NCBI GenBank assembly: GCA_051313645.2
Contig: JBNRSN020000028.1
Location: 44,082,001 to 44,146,000, forward strand
Origin: Centroscyllium fabricii
Taxonomy: Eukaryota
Direction: 5' to 3'
DNA length: 64,000 nucleotides
Positions 50,568 to 63,575 of the stretch are shown here, in pieces. Numbering within the stretch: the stretch's first letter is position 1; the number at the start of each line of letters is the position of its first letter. The notes below the pieces were generated by a model. That model had not been told where the DNA came from. It ran no database searches and saw only the letters and a program-made list of their open reading frames with translations. A program made the position numbers and the translations under genes.

Positions 50568-51601
50568 AATGGTGCTATACACGTGAATGCCCGCTGGCTT
50601 CCCCACCCGACATTTTGCCAAATGTGCGTTGCATAAAATAACAAACTCGAGAATTTGTCATTCTTTTAGGGCATACGTAAAATTTCAAGCTATGATGTAG
50701 GCATGATGCCGCATACACAATTTGGCCTGTCCATAATGCACCACACTTCTCTGAAGGTCCTATCATCTTGCTATCTGATGCAGCATGGGCCTGTAGTTCA
50801 CGACGGATATTCAGCTGTTGCTGCAGGGAAATGTCTTTAGTTCATCAGAGGAAGCCTCAGATTGTTGTTCACAGGCACGTGCTCATTTGGCGATCAGCAG
50901 CAGGTCTGATTAGCTGGCCCAACATCTAATGGATAAGTAACACTCAGGACATTTTTCAGCGTCTGTTTTATCAACCAGAGAAGATTAAAATGTAAATCTC
51001 TTCATTACCCTCGCCAAGTGCTACCTTCCTAACAGTTCGAAATGCGTATGAGTAATTTCTCCCTGCCATTACATGCAATATGGCTTTGAAATACATCACT
51101 GGGAGGTAGGAATTCAGGGGTTGAAACTGGTCATTGTTGCGCCAATTTTACCTGCAGAAAATGGGGACAGAAAGGACAAGTTTCGAGAAGCAGAAACCAG
51201 CGCCAAAGTTTCATATGCGTTACCGGCACCGCCATTTTATTATTAGCAGTATTTCCTAAGAAGGGATGTTTTCAAACTTCCATCAACAGTCAGAGTTTTG
51301 GGACAATCATTAACTATCTCTAATCTCCTCAAATGAATAACTTCAATAAATGAAGGTTGTGCGTTTTATAATCGTCCTTTCTCCTCACCCACTCCTCCCC
51401 CCTGTTGGTCTCGTGAATGGAGCCGGAGATGACTGCCTGGGTGCCAAACACAACTGATAAAAAATAGTTAAACTCATCCACTAATTGTTCAGCCTCGGAC
51501 CGCCAGTAATGAGCTGAATTCGGCGGTAGTACTCACGACACATGCAGCCGGTCTGTATTGTATTTAATCCGATTATAACGGCGTGCTCCTTTCGAACGCA
51601 G

Positions 51602-51897
51602 ATCAACCGAAAGCCAATCTATCAGTTGGTTCTGATTTGCAGTGAATGGTGGAAACGTGACTTCTAAGTGGACAAGCAGCCGGGAACTTCCTCGCTTCAC
51701 ATTTTACTTATACAGACAGGCAGAAGCGAATTACTCGGATGCCCAACCTGCTGCTGCTGGGAATAATTGTGTCACCTTCACCATCAGGAATGTAGATCCC
51801 ACGGAAAAATGGAATGACACCTGTCGGTATGAAGCGGGAGTGAGGTGAAAGCTGTTACCGTCGGCTCCGAGTGACCCTCTACATGTAACAGTAAGAG
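51602..51897 (+). pseudogene. Degraded C2-type Ig-domain exon resembling leukocyte receptor complex proteins (LILR/KIR/IGSF1/A1BG-like)
   Basis: AG...GT phase-1 exon: DQPKANLSV-(frameshift)-GGNVTSKW...FTFYLYRQ...VTFTIRNV...NDTCRYE...*...SAPSDPLHVTVR. The first Cys is replaced by Trp and there is an in-frame TGA. Confidence 0.7.
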
Positions 51898-51949
51898 GTG
51901 ATTGAAATTCACACAGTCACTGTCTTCAATTCCCTGCCCATGACATGAA

Positions 51950-52871
51950 TACAGGATTATGATTAAGAAGTTTGCAGATGATACTGAAATCGTCTGTGTG
52001 GTTGATATTGATACAGAAAGCTGTGGAATGCAGGAAAATATCAATAAATTCCTCAGGTGGGCAGAACAGTGACCAATGGAATTCTATCCGGAGAAGTGTG
52101 AAGTAATGCATTTGAGGAGGGCTATCAAGGAAATGGAATCCACATTAACTGGTTGAACACTGAGTACTGTTGGGGAAAAAAGAGACATTGGAGTTCATGA
52201 CCACAGATCCCTGAACGTAGCAGGCCAAGGAGACAACGTTGTTAAGAAGGCATAGGGGATGCTTGACTTTATTAGCCGTGGCATAGAATACAAGAGCAGG
52301 GAGGTTCTGATTCAACTGCGTAAACCACTGGCTGGGCCTCAGCGAGAGTACTGCGTGCAGTTCTGGAAACAACATTGCAGGAAAATGTGTTTGCACTAGA
52401 GTGGGTACAGAGCAGATTTACAAGGACATATAATCTTAGCTATGAAAAAAGACTGGACAGGCTGGTTCCCTTTTCCTTTGAGCAGAAGAGGCTGAGGGGA
52501 GACCGTATTCAGGTGTATAAGATTATGAGGGCATACATAAAGTTGATTGAAATGATTTATTTTCCTTAGCAGAGGGGCCAGAATCCAGGTGTTATAGATT
52601 TCCTGTATTTGGGGGAAGTATTTTGAGCGGAAACTTCTACACCTAGGTTATTGTGGGGCACTGGAACTCTCTGCCTGAAAGGGTGGTAGAGGCCGGAACC
52701 CTATCCACATTTAAAAAGTACTTAGAAGCGCACTTGCGATGCTCTAAGCTGCAGGGCTACGGACCAAGAACTGGGAAGTGGGATCAAACTGGATAGTTCT
52801 TTGTTAGCTGGAGCGGTCACGATGGGCTGAAATGGCCTCTTTCTTTGCTGTATCTTTCAATGATTCTATGA
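51950..52871 (+). mobile_element. Degraded CR1 3' fragment
   Basis: KFADDTEI, EKCEVMH, YCVQFW and RLRGDRIQVYKIMR remnants; tail TGATTCTATGA at ~52870. Confidence 0.85.
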
Positions 52872-55800
52872 CACTCAGACAGACAGAGACAGAGAAACAT
52901 CGAGACAGAGACAGAGACCTAGAGAGACAGACACATACAGAGAGGGATTTAAAGGCATGCAGAGACCCAAAGACAGAGACAGAGAGAAGGAGACAGAGAA
53001 ACAGAGAGAAAGAGATAGACTGACGCTGACAGAAACAGACAGGCAGACAGACGGAGACAGAAATAGAGAGAGAGAGAGCGACAGGGACAGAGGTAGAGAG
53101 AGACACATTTAGAGACAGATAGAAACATGTGAAATTGGCAGCCAGAGAGACAGAGGCAGACATACAGAGATGGACAGACAGAGACAGCTAGACAATCATA
53201 GACCAATAAATAGAGAGACAGACAGAGACAGGCAAGCTGAGACATAAAGACAGAGACAGAGGGAAGGAGACAGAGACAGATAGTCAGAGCAAAACAGACA
53301 GACAGAAATACATAGCAACACAGAAGATAGGAGCATGAGTAAGCCATTTGGCCCTTCGAACCTGCTCCGCCATTTTGGTGAGATGATGGCTGATTATCCA
53401 AACCCAGCTCCCCCCTCTCACCCTCACTACCTATAACCAGAAAACCACAACTCAAAGAAACATATCTCGCACACACATACTCATGGGCAATTTTTATTAT
53501 TTCCAATTCTGCTAAACTGCATGTCTTTGGGTGGTGGGAGAAAATGGAGTACCCGGAAGAAACCCACATGAACACCGGTAAAACATGCAAGCTCCATGCA
53601 GAAAAGTCCCGTGCCAAGCACAATTCGAACTCAGGAGTTCCTTATTGCGATGCAGCATTGCTAACCACTGCGCCACCCTGTCGGACACTCTGGCGCAGAG
53701 CGGCAGAGAGCGAGACAGAGAGAGACAGATACAGAGAGACAGTGAGAGAGACAGAGAGAGACAGAAAGAGAGAGAGAGAAAGACTGAGAGAGAAAAAAAT
53801 AGCGAGAGGCCTAGAGAGCCAAATGAGAGACAGAAAGAGAGTAATAGAGAGACAGAATTATGTTCATACAGAGTCAGAGAGAGATAAAGAGAGTCAGAGA
53901 GTGGCAGAAAATGGTCAGAGAGAGACAGAGACAGAGAGAGTCAGGGAGAGACAGAAAGTGAGTCAGAGAGAGACAGAGAGACATTCAGAGACAGAGAAAT
54001 AGAGAGAAAGACAGAGACAGGCATGCAGAGATACAAAGCCACAGACAGAGAGAAAGAGACAGATAGAGAGAAAACAGATAGACAGACTGTACGTTAGAGC
54101 CAGAGAGAGAAGGAGAGAGACAGGGACAAACAGGTAAAGAGAGACAGAGAATCAGATAGAGAGACAGAGACGGACACAATGTGAGTCATGCAGGCATTCA
54201 GACAGAGACAGATATAAACTTAGTGACAGAAGCAAACAAAGTGGAAGAGGCAGACATACAGTGACAGACGTACATGCTGCCAGACAGAGAGAGACAGTCA
54301 CATACATGCAGAGACACAGAGAAAGATAGACAGACAGACATAATGACAGAGAGAGGGAGACAGAGCAACAGAGAGAGAGCGGCAGACAGAGAAACAAGCA
54401 GACTGTTGGACAGATAGTTCAGATGGAGAAATGCAGGGACAGAGAGGCAGAGAGATAAATAGGCAGAGAGACATAGATATACAGACCGTCAGGCAGAGAG
54501 AGTTAGAGAGGGAAACCGATACAAGCAGGCAGTAAGAGAGACAGAGATAAACTTATTGACAGATGCAAACAAAGTGAAAGAGGCAGACATACAGTGACAG
54601 ACGAACACGGAGACAGACAGAGAGAACCATTCACAGAGTCACAGAAATGCAGAGACACAGAGAAAGATAGACAGACAAACATACAGACAGACATGGTGAA
54701 AGAGAGAGGGAGACAGAGCAACAGGGAGAGAGCTGCAGACAGAGAAACAAGCAGACTGTTAGACAGATAGTTCAGATGGAGAAATGGGGGGACAGAGAGG
54801 CAGAGAGAGACATAGGCAGAGAGACAGAGATATACAGACCGTCAGGCAGAGAGAGGCAGATAGGGAAACCGATACAAGCAGGCAGTAAGTGAGACAGAGA
54901 CATGGAGACATAGAGACAGGCAGACTGAGATGCAGACAGAGTGACAGGCAGGCATAGAGACAGGCAGACAGAGGGACAGGCAAATGGAGACATTAAAAAG
55001 ACAGGGTGATTGAGAGACAGACACATAGAGCCAGGCACAGAGATATAGAGAGACAGGCAGATAGAGACACAGACATACAGAGACAGACAGAAAGAGATAG
55101 ACACATAGAGCCAGGCACAGAGATATAGATAGACAGGCAGATAGAGACACAGAGATACAGAGACAGACAGAAACAGATAGACAGAGAGACACGTAGACAT
55201 ATATACCGGCAGACAGATAGACAGGCAGACGGAGATATGAGAAAGGTTAGAGATGGAGAGGCAGACAGATAGAGCCAGGCAAAGAGACATAGAGTGACAG
55301 GCAGATAGAGACACACAGAGACAGGGACATAAAGAAAGAGATAGAGAGGGAGACAGGCAGACAGGCAGACAGAGAGACAAGCAGACGGAGAAATGAGAAA
55401 TTCAGAGAGACTTCAGAAATAGACAGGCTCAGGGACACAGGTAGACGGAATTCAGAGACAGTGAGATAGACAGAGAGAGAGAGACAGACAGAGAGAGGCA
55501 GACCGAGACAGAGAGAGACAGAGACACAGTAACACACAGAGACACAGAGACATGGATATAGAGAGACAGACACACAGAGAGAAACAGACAGACAGAGAGA
55601 GAGGCAGGAATTCATACAGAATCAGGCAGACAGATGGAAACAGACACAGAGAGAAACATATAGATTGTCAGCCAGATACACAGACAGATAAAAACAAAGT
55701 GAAATAAGAACCAGAGAGACAGAGACAAACAGACACAGGCACAAAAATGGAAGTCAGACACATAAAGAGAGGAAGACAGACCGAGAGGCAAATAGCGATA

Positions 55801-57725
55801 TACAGGGACAGACAGAGACACAGAAAAGCAGACTGTTACAGACTGAGAAACGGTCAGAGGCGCATATTGAGATGGAGATCAGAAAGGGATATACAGAGAG
55901 ATAGAGCCAGTCCGGGAGATGGTGACAGAGGCATACACACATACTAAGACAGACAATGACAGAAAGTACAGTGTGTGACAGAGAGAAAAGGACCTACAGA
56001 GACGGAAATATTGAGTCAGACTCAGACAGACAGAAAATGACAGAAACAGACTCACAGAGCCAGAGACAGCAGATAAAGAGACCGAGTCAGTCAGACAGAC
56101 AGACAGAGATAGACAGGCATAGAGAGAGTGAGAGATGCAGGCAGAGGGACAGACAATCATATCAGATATGCAGAGATACAGAGATAATAATCCTCAGACT
56201 GACAGTCACCAGAGGTAGACAGAGAGACAGAGACTGTCAGGCAAATGCATACCAACAAGACAATGAGGAAGACAGACCGAGGCACAGTCAGCAACAGAAA
56301 GTGAGAGTCAGAGAGAGTCAGAGAGAGTCAGAGAGGGTCATAGAGGGCGAACAGACAGGCATAAGACGGACAGGAGACAGAGACAGACAACGAGCCTAGG
56401 TCAGAAAAACAGAGACTGGCATACAAAAAATAGACAGATGTACACAGGAATAAAGACAGACAGAGACAAACTGTGATAATGACAGAGAGACAGATTCAGA
56501 GAGACAGAGAGACAGAGATACAGAGATACAGATAGAATCAGACTGACAGATAGAGACGGACTGACAGAAAGGGACAAATACAGACAGCGACAGGCAGGTA
56601 GACGCAGATAAACAGAGACAGAAAGAAGAAACAGACAGTCTATATCAAGGCAGACAGAGAGAGACAGACACAGCCAGACACAATCAGACTGTGACACAAA
56701 TACAGAGAATGACAGAGCCAGACAGAGAAAAGCATAGAGGCAGACAGAGAGTTAAGGACAGTCAGACAGAAACTAACAAGCACAGAGACAGTCAGAGAGT
56801 TAGTGGCAAATGGATAAAAACAAAAAAGGACGGAGACCGACAGAGAGCGGCAGTCAAACACAGAGACAGACAGAGATATAGACATACAGAGGCAAACAGT
56901 AAGACAGACAGTGACAGACAAACAGAGACAGACAGAGAGGGTTTACCAAGCTGAAAGAGAATGAGACCGACATGCGGAGACAGACGTTCAGTGACACAGT
57001 CAGAAAGAGAGAGGTGGACTGAGACAGATATGGAAATATGGAGACAGACATAAATACAGACAAGCAGAGGGTGCTAGACTGACAACAACTAGCAGACTAT
57101 GACAGACAGAGAAAGAGAAACAAAGACACAGATGGACACAGATGTGTAAACTGAGACAGGCAGAGAGACAGAGCTGCTAGACATGGACAGACACACAATG
57201 ACATAAAAACAGAGAGAGAGAGACAGAGAGAGAGAGAGACAGAAAGCGAGATTGAAAGACAGATAGAATGAAACAGAGACATACAGACAGACAGACCCGA
57301 CCGAGATAGACAGACAAAATCAGACAGACGGAGACAGATGGACAGAGACAGACAGACTGTGCTAGAGAGACAGATGCAAACATACAAACACGACTGACAA
57401 AGACAGACATAGAGTTTCAGACAGAATGAGACAGAGACACGGAGACAGGAATCCAGAGACAGCCAGACAGAGGCAGGCATCCGGAGACAGAGACAGTCAA
57501 AGAGCGAGACAAAGACAGATGTACAGAGCGAGTGAGTGGGGACAGAGAGATGGATAGTGTGACAAAGATAGAGACAGTGTGAGTCAGACAAGGACACAGA
57601 CAGAGAAACTAACAGAGAGACAGTCAGAAATAGAGTGAAAGAGACAGACAGAAACAGAGAAACAAACCTCGATGGAGCCTGAGACAGATAGACAGAGACA
57701 CCCTCAGACAGAGAGGAACAGGCAG
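52872..57725 (+). repeat. ~4.9 kb GA/GACA-rich degenerate simple repeat
   Basis: (GAGA/GACA)n low complexity with very few T on the + strand; internal ~0.34 kb duplication at ~54200-54900. Confidence 0.95.
53311..53683 (-). mobile_element. Older diverged HE1/V-SINE
   Basis: Reverse-complement tail CATAG...GAAGATAGGAGC, V-domain ACCCGGAAGAAACCCAC and head GCTAACCACTGCGCCACC. Confidence 0.8.
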
Positions 57726-57789
57726 GTAAATCTGGTGTCATCAACATATATCAAAGAGCTGATCCCATATCTGTCGCTGGAAGCTTCAA

Positions 57790-58850
57790 CGGGAGGCATG
57801 TAGAAGAGGAATAAATGAGAGCTAGGATAGATAATTTGGAGTCATCAATGTGAACGGTGCTGTGGAGGGTGGTGGAGGGTGAGATAAGCCGTTGCTGGAG
57901 ATTATCTGGCTCTGATCAGACTCTAACCGTAGAAGCAAGCACATAGAGGTCCCACCGAGAGGGCAATGTCAGAGGAATGAGGAGGCGGCGGATTGGAGGA
58001 GAGGACTGAGGGTCTGAAGCTGGTAAATGCCGGATGGAGGGTTAAAGAGGCAGATGGGCTGAGGCAGGGGCAGAGACTGGCGATGTTATGGGGTCGGAAG
58101 AAGAGCCAGCTATGATGGAGAGGGTATGAGGGAGGATTGTCATGTCTGGTACGAATAGGGATCAGAGGCCTCAAACATCATAAGCAACCTGAGATAACAG
58201 CGAGGAAGGGGGATGGAGTCGGAGCCCATGGTATTGAGTTTGTGTTTGGGGCCTAAAGTAATGGCTTTGGTCTGTCCAATGTTTATTTGGAGCAAATCGA
58301 AGCTCATGTAGACCTGTTGCAGTCTGATAACATTTAGTTAGTGGAGTGTGGAGAGATGGCGGAGCGCTGGAGCTGGGTGTTGTCAGCAGACATGTGGAAT
58401 CTGACCCCAGGTCTGCAGATAATGTCAGAAAGGGCAGCATTTAAATGAGGAAGAGGAAGGTGCAAGAATGGAAAGTTCAGAGATTCGAGAGTGAACGGTG
58501 CTGGTGCGGGGAGAGAAACCATTGCTGGAGATTCTCTGGTTTCCATCAGATTGGTAAGATTGGGACCAAGAGAAGACAGTCCCAGCGAAAGAGGCCTGTG
58601 GCAGAGGTGTGGACACAGAATGGGTGGGTTTACTGCAGGGTTGGAGGAGAAGGTGGAGAGTGCGAGGGCTGCGGGACATTAAACCCATGGATAGGAAATT
58701 TAAATATAATAATTTGGCAGATTGGGAGACACTGTGGCTCAGTGAGGGCGCGTGTGATGGGTGAGCGGGTCTTGGGGAGGGCTGGACATTGGCTGCAGAG
58801 TGTTGGATCGGTTGACATTGTTGGAAGGTCCTGTATGAGCCCATCTGTCA
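57790..58850 (-). mobile_element. Ancient L2-clade LINE RT remnant
   Basis: GTVFSWSQSYQSDGNQRISSNGFS and GVRFHMSADNTQL (compare L2 FHMYADDTQL) on the minus strand. Confidence 0.7.
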
Positions 58851-59112
58851 GCCTCATTCCGAAGTGCGGTCAAATGAAGATAATGAGATGTTTGTGCTTT
58901 ATTCAACACATCATTTACATCGGCGTCAAAGATCCTGATGTAATGTGTTTGTTTAGGTGACTGGAACTAACAGCAATGCTCAGAGCTATAACCTCTCAGC
59001 GTCAGTGGAGATGATCCCCTGTATAAATCAAGGCCCAGTGGAATGGATCAGCTCAGACAGCCTGCCGGAGCTGTGGGTTCCTCTCCAACAGAAGTCACTG
59101 TTCATCACAGAA

Positions 59113-59182
59113 ATGGGTTATCCAGTAATGTGGAAGATAGAAGACATTTACTATCCTGTTATTGCAGCCGTTGGCGTTACCG
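59113..59182 (+). CDS. First coding exon of a GPR139/GPR142-like class A GPCR (rest not found in window)
   Basis: ATG...MGYPVMWKIEDIYYPVIAAVGVT plus G, then a strong donor GTAAGC (phase 1). IYYP-x-x-AA-x-GV resembles the start of TM1 in chondrichthyan GPR139-like genes. Confidence 0.72.
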
Positions 59183-60169
59183 GTAAGCGGGGATCTCAGC
59201 TGTCAATGGTGTAAATCGGTGTTGAGTGTGCTGCAGTGCTTGGTATTGTTTAACTCGGTGAATGTTTTCCACAGCAGCTTGTTCCGTTCCAGCAGCTGAA
59301 TGATGGGATGTCCTCAGTCTCTGCTCGTGTGGTCTTCTATGAGTATTGCTTTATCTGTAATGATCTGTGTGGATTCAACCCTGGCATTGTTACTTGATCA
59401 TTCCCTTTACTGAAACTATTGGAATCAGGTTAATCAGGAATCTTGGCTCAGAGCAGGTATCAGACCATCTGGAGCTGTTGCCAGATTTATGTTCTGGAAA
59501 TCAGCTGTCCTCTAATCTTTATTCATAATTGTGCTTTCAATGATTCATATCGAGACAGCTCAGCGTCTGGGTGTCCTCCCTCCCCAGCAACATGTTGCAG
59601 TTTATGTTAGATTTAATTGTGTGATTGATTCTCACTGTTGTGAAATATTTTTTTGCTGTGTGTGTATGTGACTCCGCTTCAGAGGGCTGGCGACTGAACT
59701 GCGTTTGTTTCTGACACCATCAATCTCCTTCTCTGATTCAGTTAAGGTGGATTCACTTGCTGACACTGGACTTCATTGTAAAATGAAGTGTTTTGAGGTT
59801 ATGCTGTAATAGTTTGCACTGTATCTGTTGCAATCAGGAGCCGTTCTGTTGCTGTGAAGATTATAATTAGCAGCGGTGATTGTGGTTTGAAGTTAATTGA
59901 ACAACTGCGCCATCTAATGCTGGACTTTATAATTACAGTAGAAGTAAATTCAATTATTGTCATCTCTTTCTGGTAGAGATATTCGGTTCTGTTGATTGTA
60001 TGCACTGCAGATCATTTTATGTGTTCAGATGAAGACTTGGTTGACTAATGGAACACACACCTAATCAGGATAGAGTCTTGAGAAGGAGTTGGGAGACGAT
60101 GTGGAGAGATAGAGCGCAGCAATAGAGACATGCAAAGTGAAGGAGAACGAGAGGGAGGGTTTAATAGAG

Positions 60170-60680
60170 GTAGAAACATAGAAAAAGATAGATCGTTAGG
60201 ATTACATATGATACACGGCACAGAAACAGGACATTCTCCACAACCAGTCCATGCCAGCATTTATTCTCCACTCGAGCCCCCTCCCATCCTTCCTCCTCTA
60301 ACTCTACTAACATATCTCTCGGGTTCCTTCTCGCTCATGTGCTTATCTAGCCTCCATTTAAAAACATGGCTGCAAGTCACATCAACCACTCCCTGTTGTA
60401 GCGATTACCACATTCTCACCAAACTCTGGGTAAAGAAGTTTCTACACAATTTCCTGCCTGCTTTCTTGTTGAATATCTTATATTGATGTGGTCTCGATAT
60501 AAGCTCCTCCCACCATTATATACACTCTCTCTGTTTCGACGCTGTCTAAATCGGTCATCATTTTAAAGCCCTCTTGTAGGTCACACATCAAACATATCTT
60601 TTCAAGAAAATAGACCCAGACTGGTCATCCTGATAGTTATCCCCTCGCTTTGCTGCTATAGTCCTTGTAAACCTCAGCTA
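60170..60680 (-). mobile_element. Degraded CR1 3' end
   Basis: TAGAAACATAGAA tail and reverse-complement 3' UTR/ORF2 end (CTCTGGGTAAAGAAGTTT). Confidence 0.6.
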
Positions 60681-60879
60681 GACAGTGAGAGAGGCAGAGA
60701 TGTGACTAATACATCCGAATGATCTGCTGAAACTTCCAGTCCAGTTATGATGAAGAAATTAGCTTTGAAGTTGATATTAGCATTTTGGCAGATTGTGAGA
60801 ACATATCACTATGAGTTCCCCAGCCTGATTTGATGAATGTTAATTTTTCTGATTCAATGATTGTACAAATGTAGCCATA

Positions 60880-61080
60880 ATGTGGAGGTGCCGGTGTTGG
60901 ACTGGGGTGAATTCACACAATACCAGATTATAGTCCAACGGTTTTATTTTAATTCACAAGCTTTCGGAGCTTCTGCCCCTTCGTCAGAGTCTCTTTCACC
61001 TGACGAAGGGGCAGAAGCTCCGAAAGCTTGTGAATTAAAATAAAACCGTTGGACTATAATCTGGTGTTGTGTGACTTCTT
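60880..61080. mobile_element. Penelope-like element terminal-repeat relic forming a 75-bp inverted repeat
   Basis: Arms at 60913-60987 and 61000-61074 match at 74/75 positions, with a 12-nt spacer. The repeat contains a hammerhead core. Confidence 0.7.
60995..61034 (+). ncRNA. Minimal type I hammerhead ribozyme motif
   Basis: TTCAC-CTGACGA-A-GGGGC(AGAA)GCTCC-GAAA-GC-TT-GTGAA: helix I, CUGANGA box, helix II, GAAA box, palindromic AGCU helix III and UH site. Confidence 0.7.
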
Positions 61081-63180
61081 GCATTTGCACAAATGTATTT
61101 ATAGAACAGAATAAGTGATTTATTCATTGTAATGGATTATTAGAATATTGTATTTTAAGCACACTGGGTCAGCGGAAATCAGTAATGAACGTGGTTGATT
61201 TAATTAATTGATTTTTTAAAATTGAATGTGTTGAGTAAATTAATAGAAGATATTTTGTACACAGTCTGCTGTACACTGGCACGAAAAGTCACACAAATTA
61301 ATGGTTGGATGTATTGTTTGAGTTGTGCTGCTGGGATCATGAATCAGATTTCCTCACACACTCTGCTGCAGTCTCTCCCTGTGAAGCCCTGTCTCTCCTC
61401 CCCCTGCATTGAATCCTTTGTCTCCTCATCCGCTGGTTCAGTTTGTCCGCTTTCCCAAACCCTCAGCTCCTGACCCTCCTCCATCTCCCACGTGTCCTTT
61501 TCCATCTCTTCCTCCCAATCTCACTCACTGACCCGCCCTCAAGTTACTTCTTCCGTTTACTGACAGCCTCTGCCGGCTCCCTTAACACAGAGCAAAAAAA
61601 GAGATTCATCTAATCCTGTCCCCAAAACTACCCCGCCTTCAATATTGTAAGTTTAAAAAGCTCATATAATAATGTCAGTGACTACACGAATCACTCTGGG
61701 TACAGGTATATTGTGTATATGTAAAACAGGTTTATGAAGCATTAAACTTCCAGAACAGAGAAGTAATAATTAACAAGGGGATAGTCACAGTCTTGTTCTT
61801 TTGAGCTTTGGCATTCCTTCCGATTGAAGTAGGCGCGGTCTCTTTATCCTCTTGCTGCTATCACTAAACTGAATTTCCTTTAACTCTGATTCAAGGTTCC
61901 TGCTGCCTTCAGTGTTCAATATCTGTAACTTTATACACGTTTTCCCTTGTGCCTTACTGACTGAAAAAAGCTATCCGGAACCTGGTACATGATTAATGAC
62001 CTTGTTGAGTCCACTCGGCTTCACTTTGTTCATATCAAAGTGCCTGGTATCTTTAGATATTCTCTTTCCAAAGATAAATTCCAAAGATGTTGTCCAACCA
62101 ATCTGTCCATTTTGTAATGTTATCACTGAGAGGTGCTTATTTTATCAATTTTCTATCACATTACTGAATAGCACGTTCCTGATAATCTCAAGAAACTTAG
62201 CATTTCATTCCATTCCTTCAGTAACTGAAAACAAAGCGAGTTTCAGCAGTCAGTTTGGCTTATTTTCCCATCCTGATTTCTCTCAGTCATTCTCTATTTT
62301 ATTCAGGCTTTGAAGCTTTCGGCATACACTTTCACATCTTAAATATATACAAAAATATTTTACTAAATCATACAATAATCTTATTCTCCAATCACTATAT
62401 TAAGTGTGAGGCGTGTGCCGACCCCTCAAAACTAAACTCTTACATATGGTTTGGTTCCCTCTCATGTGTGGAACTCTGAGTTTTTTTGGGTTGTGATCAT
62501 ATGTAAACGTGATTGTGGATTAGGCATCAGGTGTTTCCGTTAGCAGGTCTATAGTAATAAGCATATTAGTACTTTGAGTTGGGCTATGGCCAGCACAGGT
62601 GACATTATTCTAATCAAAGGAGAAATGTCCATATTTGTTCCTATATCCCACCATTGGGTCTGAATCTAGATGTCTGGAATTCCCTCAGCCGTGTATTTCT
62701 GTCCTTGCACCAATTTATAATAATGTTGTTGAGAGGTGCACCCTTGACCTGTTAGCTCGGTGAATGCTTCAGGTAATTCAGGGATGTCATATCAGTATAT
62801 ATAAACATAATCTTGTAGATTTATTCTAAAATCATCTTCTACCTGTGGTAATTTTTGGCCATGCGAGGCTATTACAAGGACAATTCTTCCTCCTATTACG
62901 GTAGTCTTTGCAGTGGTCACACAGTGGGTCCATGGGCTATTGAACATAAAGTGTTCCATGATTATAGGAATTTTCTAAAGTGGTGAAACAATTCCTCCCT
63001 TCTCATATGAAGGCTGTTCTAGTTCTTACATCTGAGGGGCCTGTCATGTCCATAGTACAATTTAACCTTTCCTCACTGAAACCAGATCCACAGCTATCAT
63101 TTGTGTTTTCAAATAAACTGTATCGACAGAGAAAGGCACCCTCGGCTCTATTGCATCCATGGAGGTTTGGTTCAATCCAT

Positions 63181-63575
63181 GGGCGGCACGGTGACATAGC
63201 GGTTAGCACTGTTCCATTACAGCTCTGGAGACCTAGGTTCAAATCCAGCCTCGGGTACTATCTGTGTGGAGTTTGCACATTCTCCCCGTGTCTGCGTGGG
63301 TTTCCTCCGGGTGCTCCGGTTTCATCCCACAGTCCAAATATGTGCGGGTTAGATTGATTGGCCAGGATAAATTGACCCTTAGTGTTAGGCAGATTGATTG
63401 TGTGGGGTCACGGGGTTAGGGTGGGGCGTGTGTCGGTGCAGGCTCGATAGGGATATGGGTACAGGGCAGGGACTGGATACTGGGTTTGGATGATCAGCCA
63501 TGATCTCATTGAATGGCGGAGCAGGCTCGAAGGGCAAAATTGCCTACTCCTGCTCCTATCTTCTATGTTTCTATG
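63181..63575 (+). mobile_element. HE1-type V-SINE, full length
   Basis: Same family as 41908 and 50164. Confidence 0.92.

Noticed and set aside
52804-57747. Long S/L/C/V-rich and R/E/T/D-rich ORFs
   Set aside because: Translation artefacts of the GA/GACA simple repeat.
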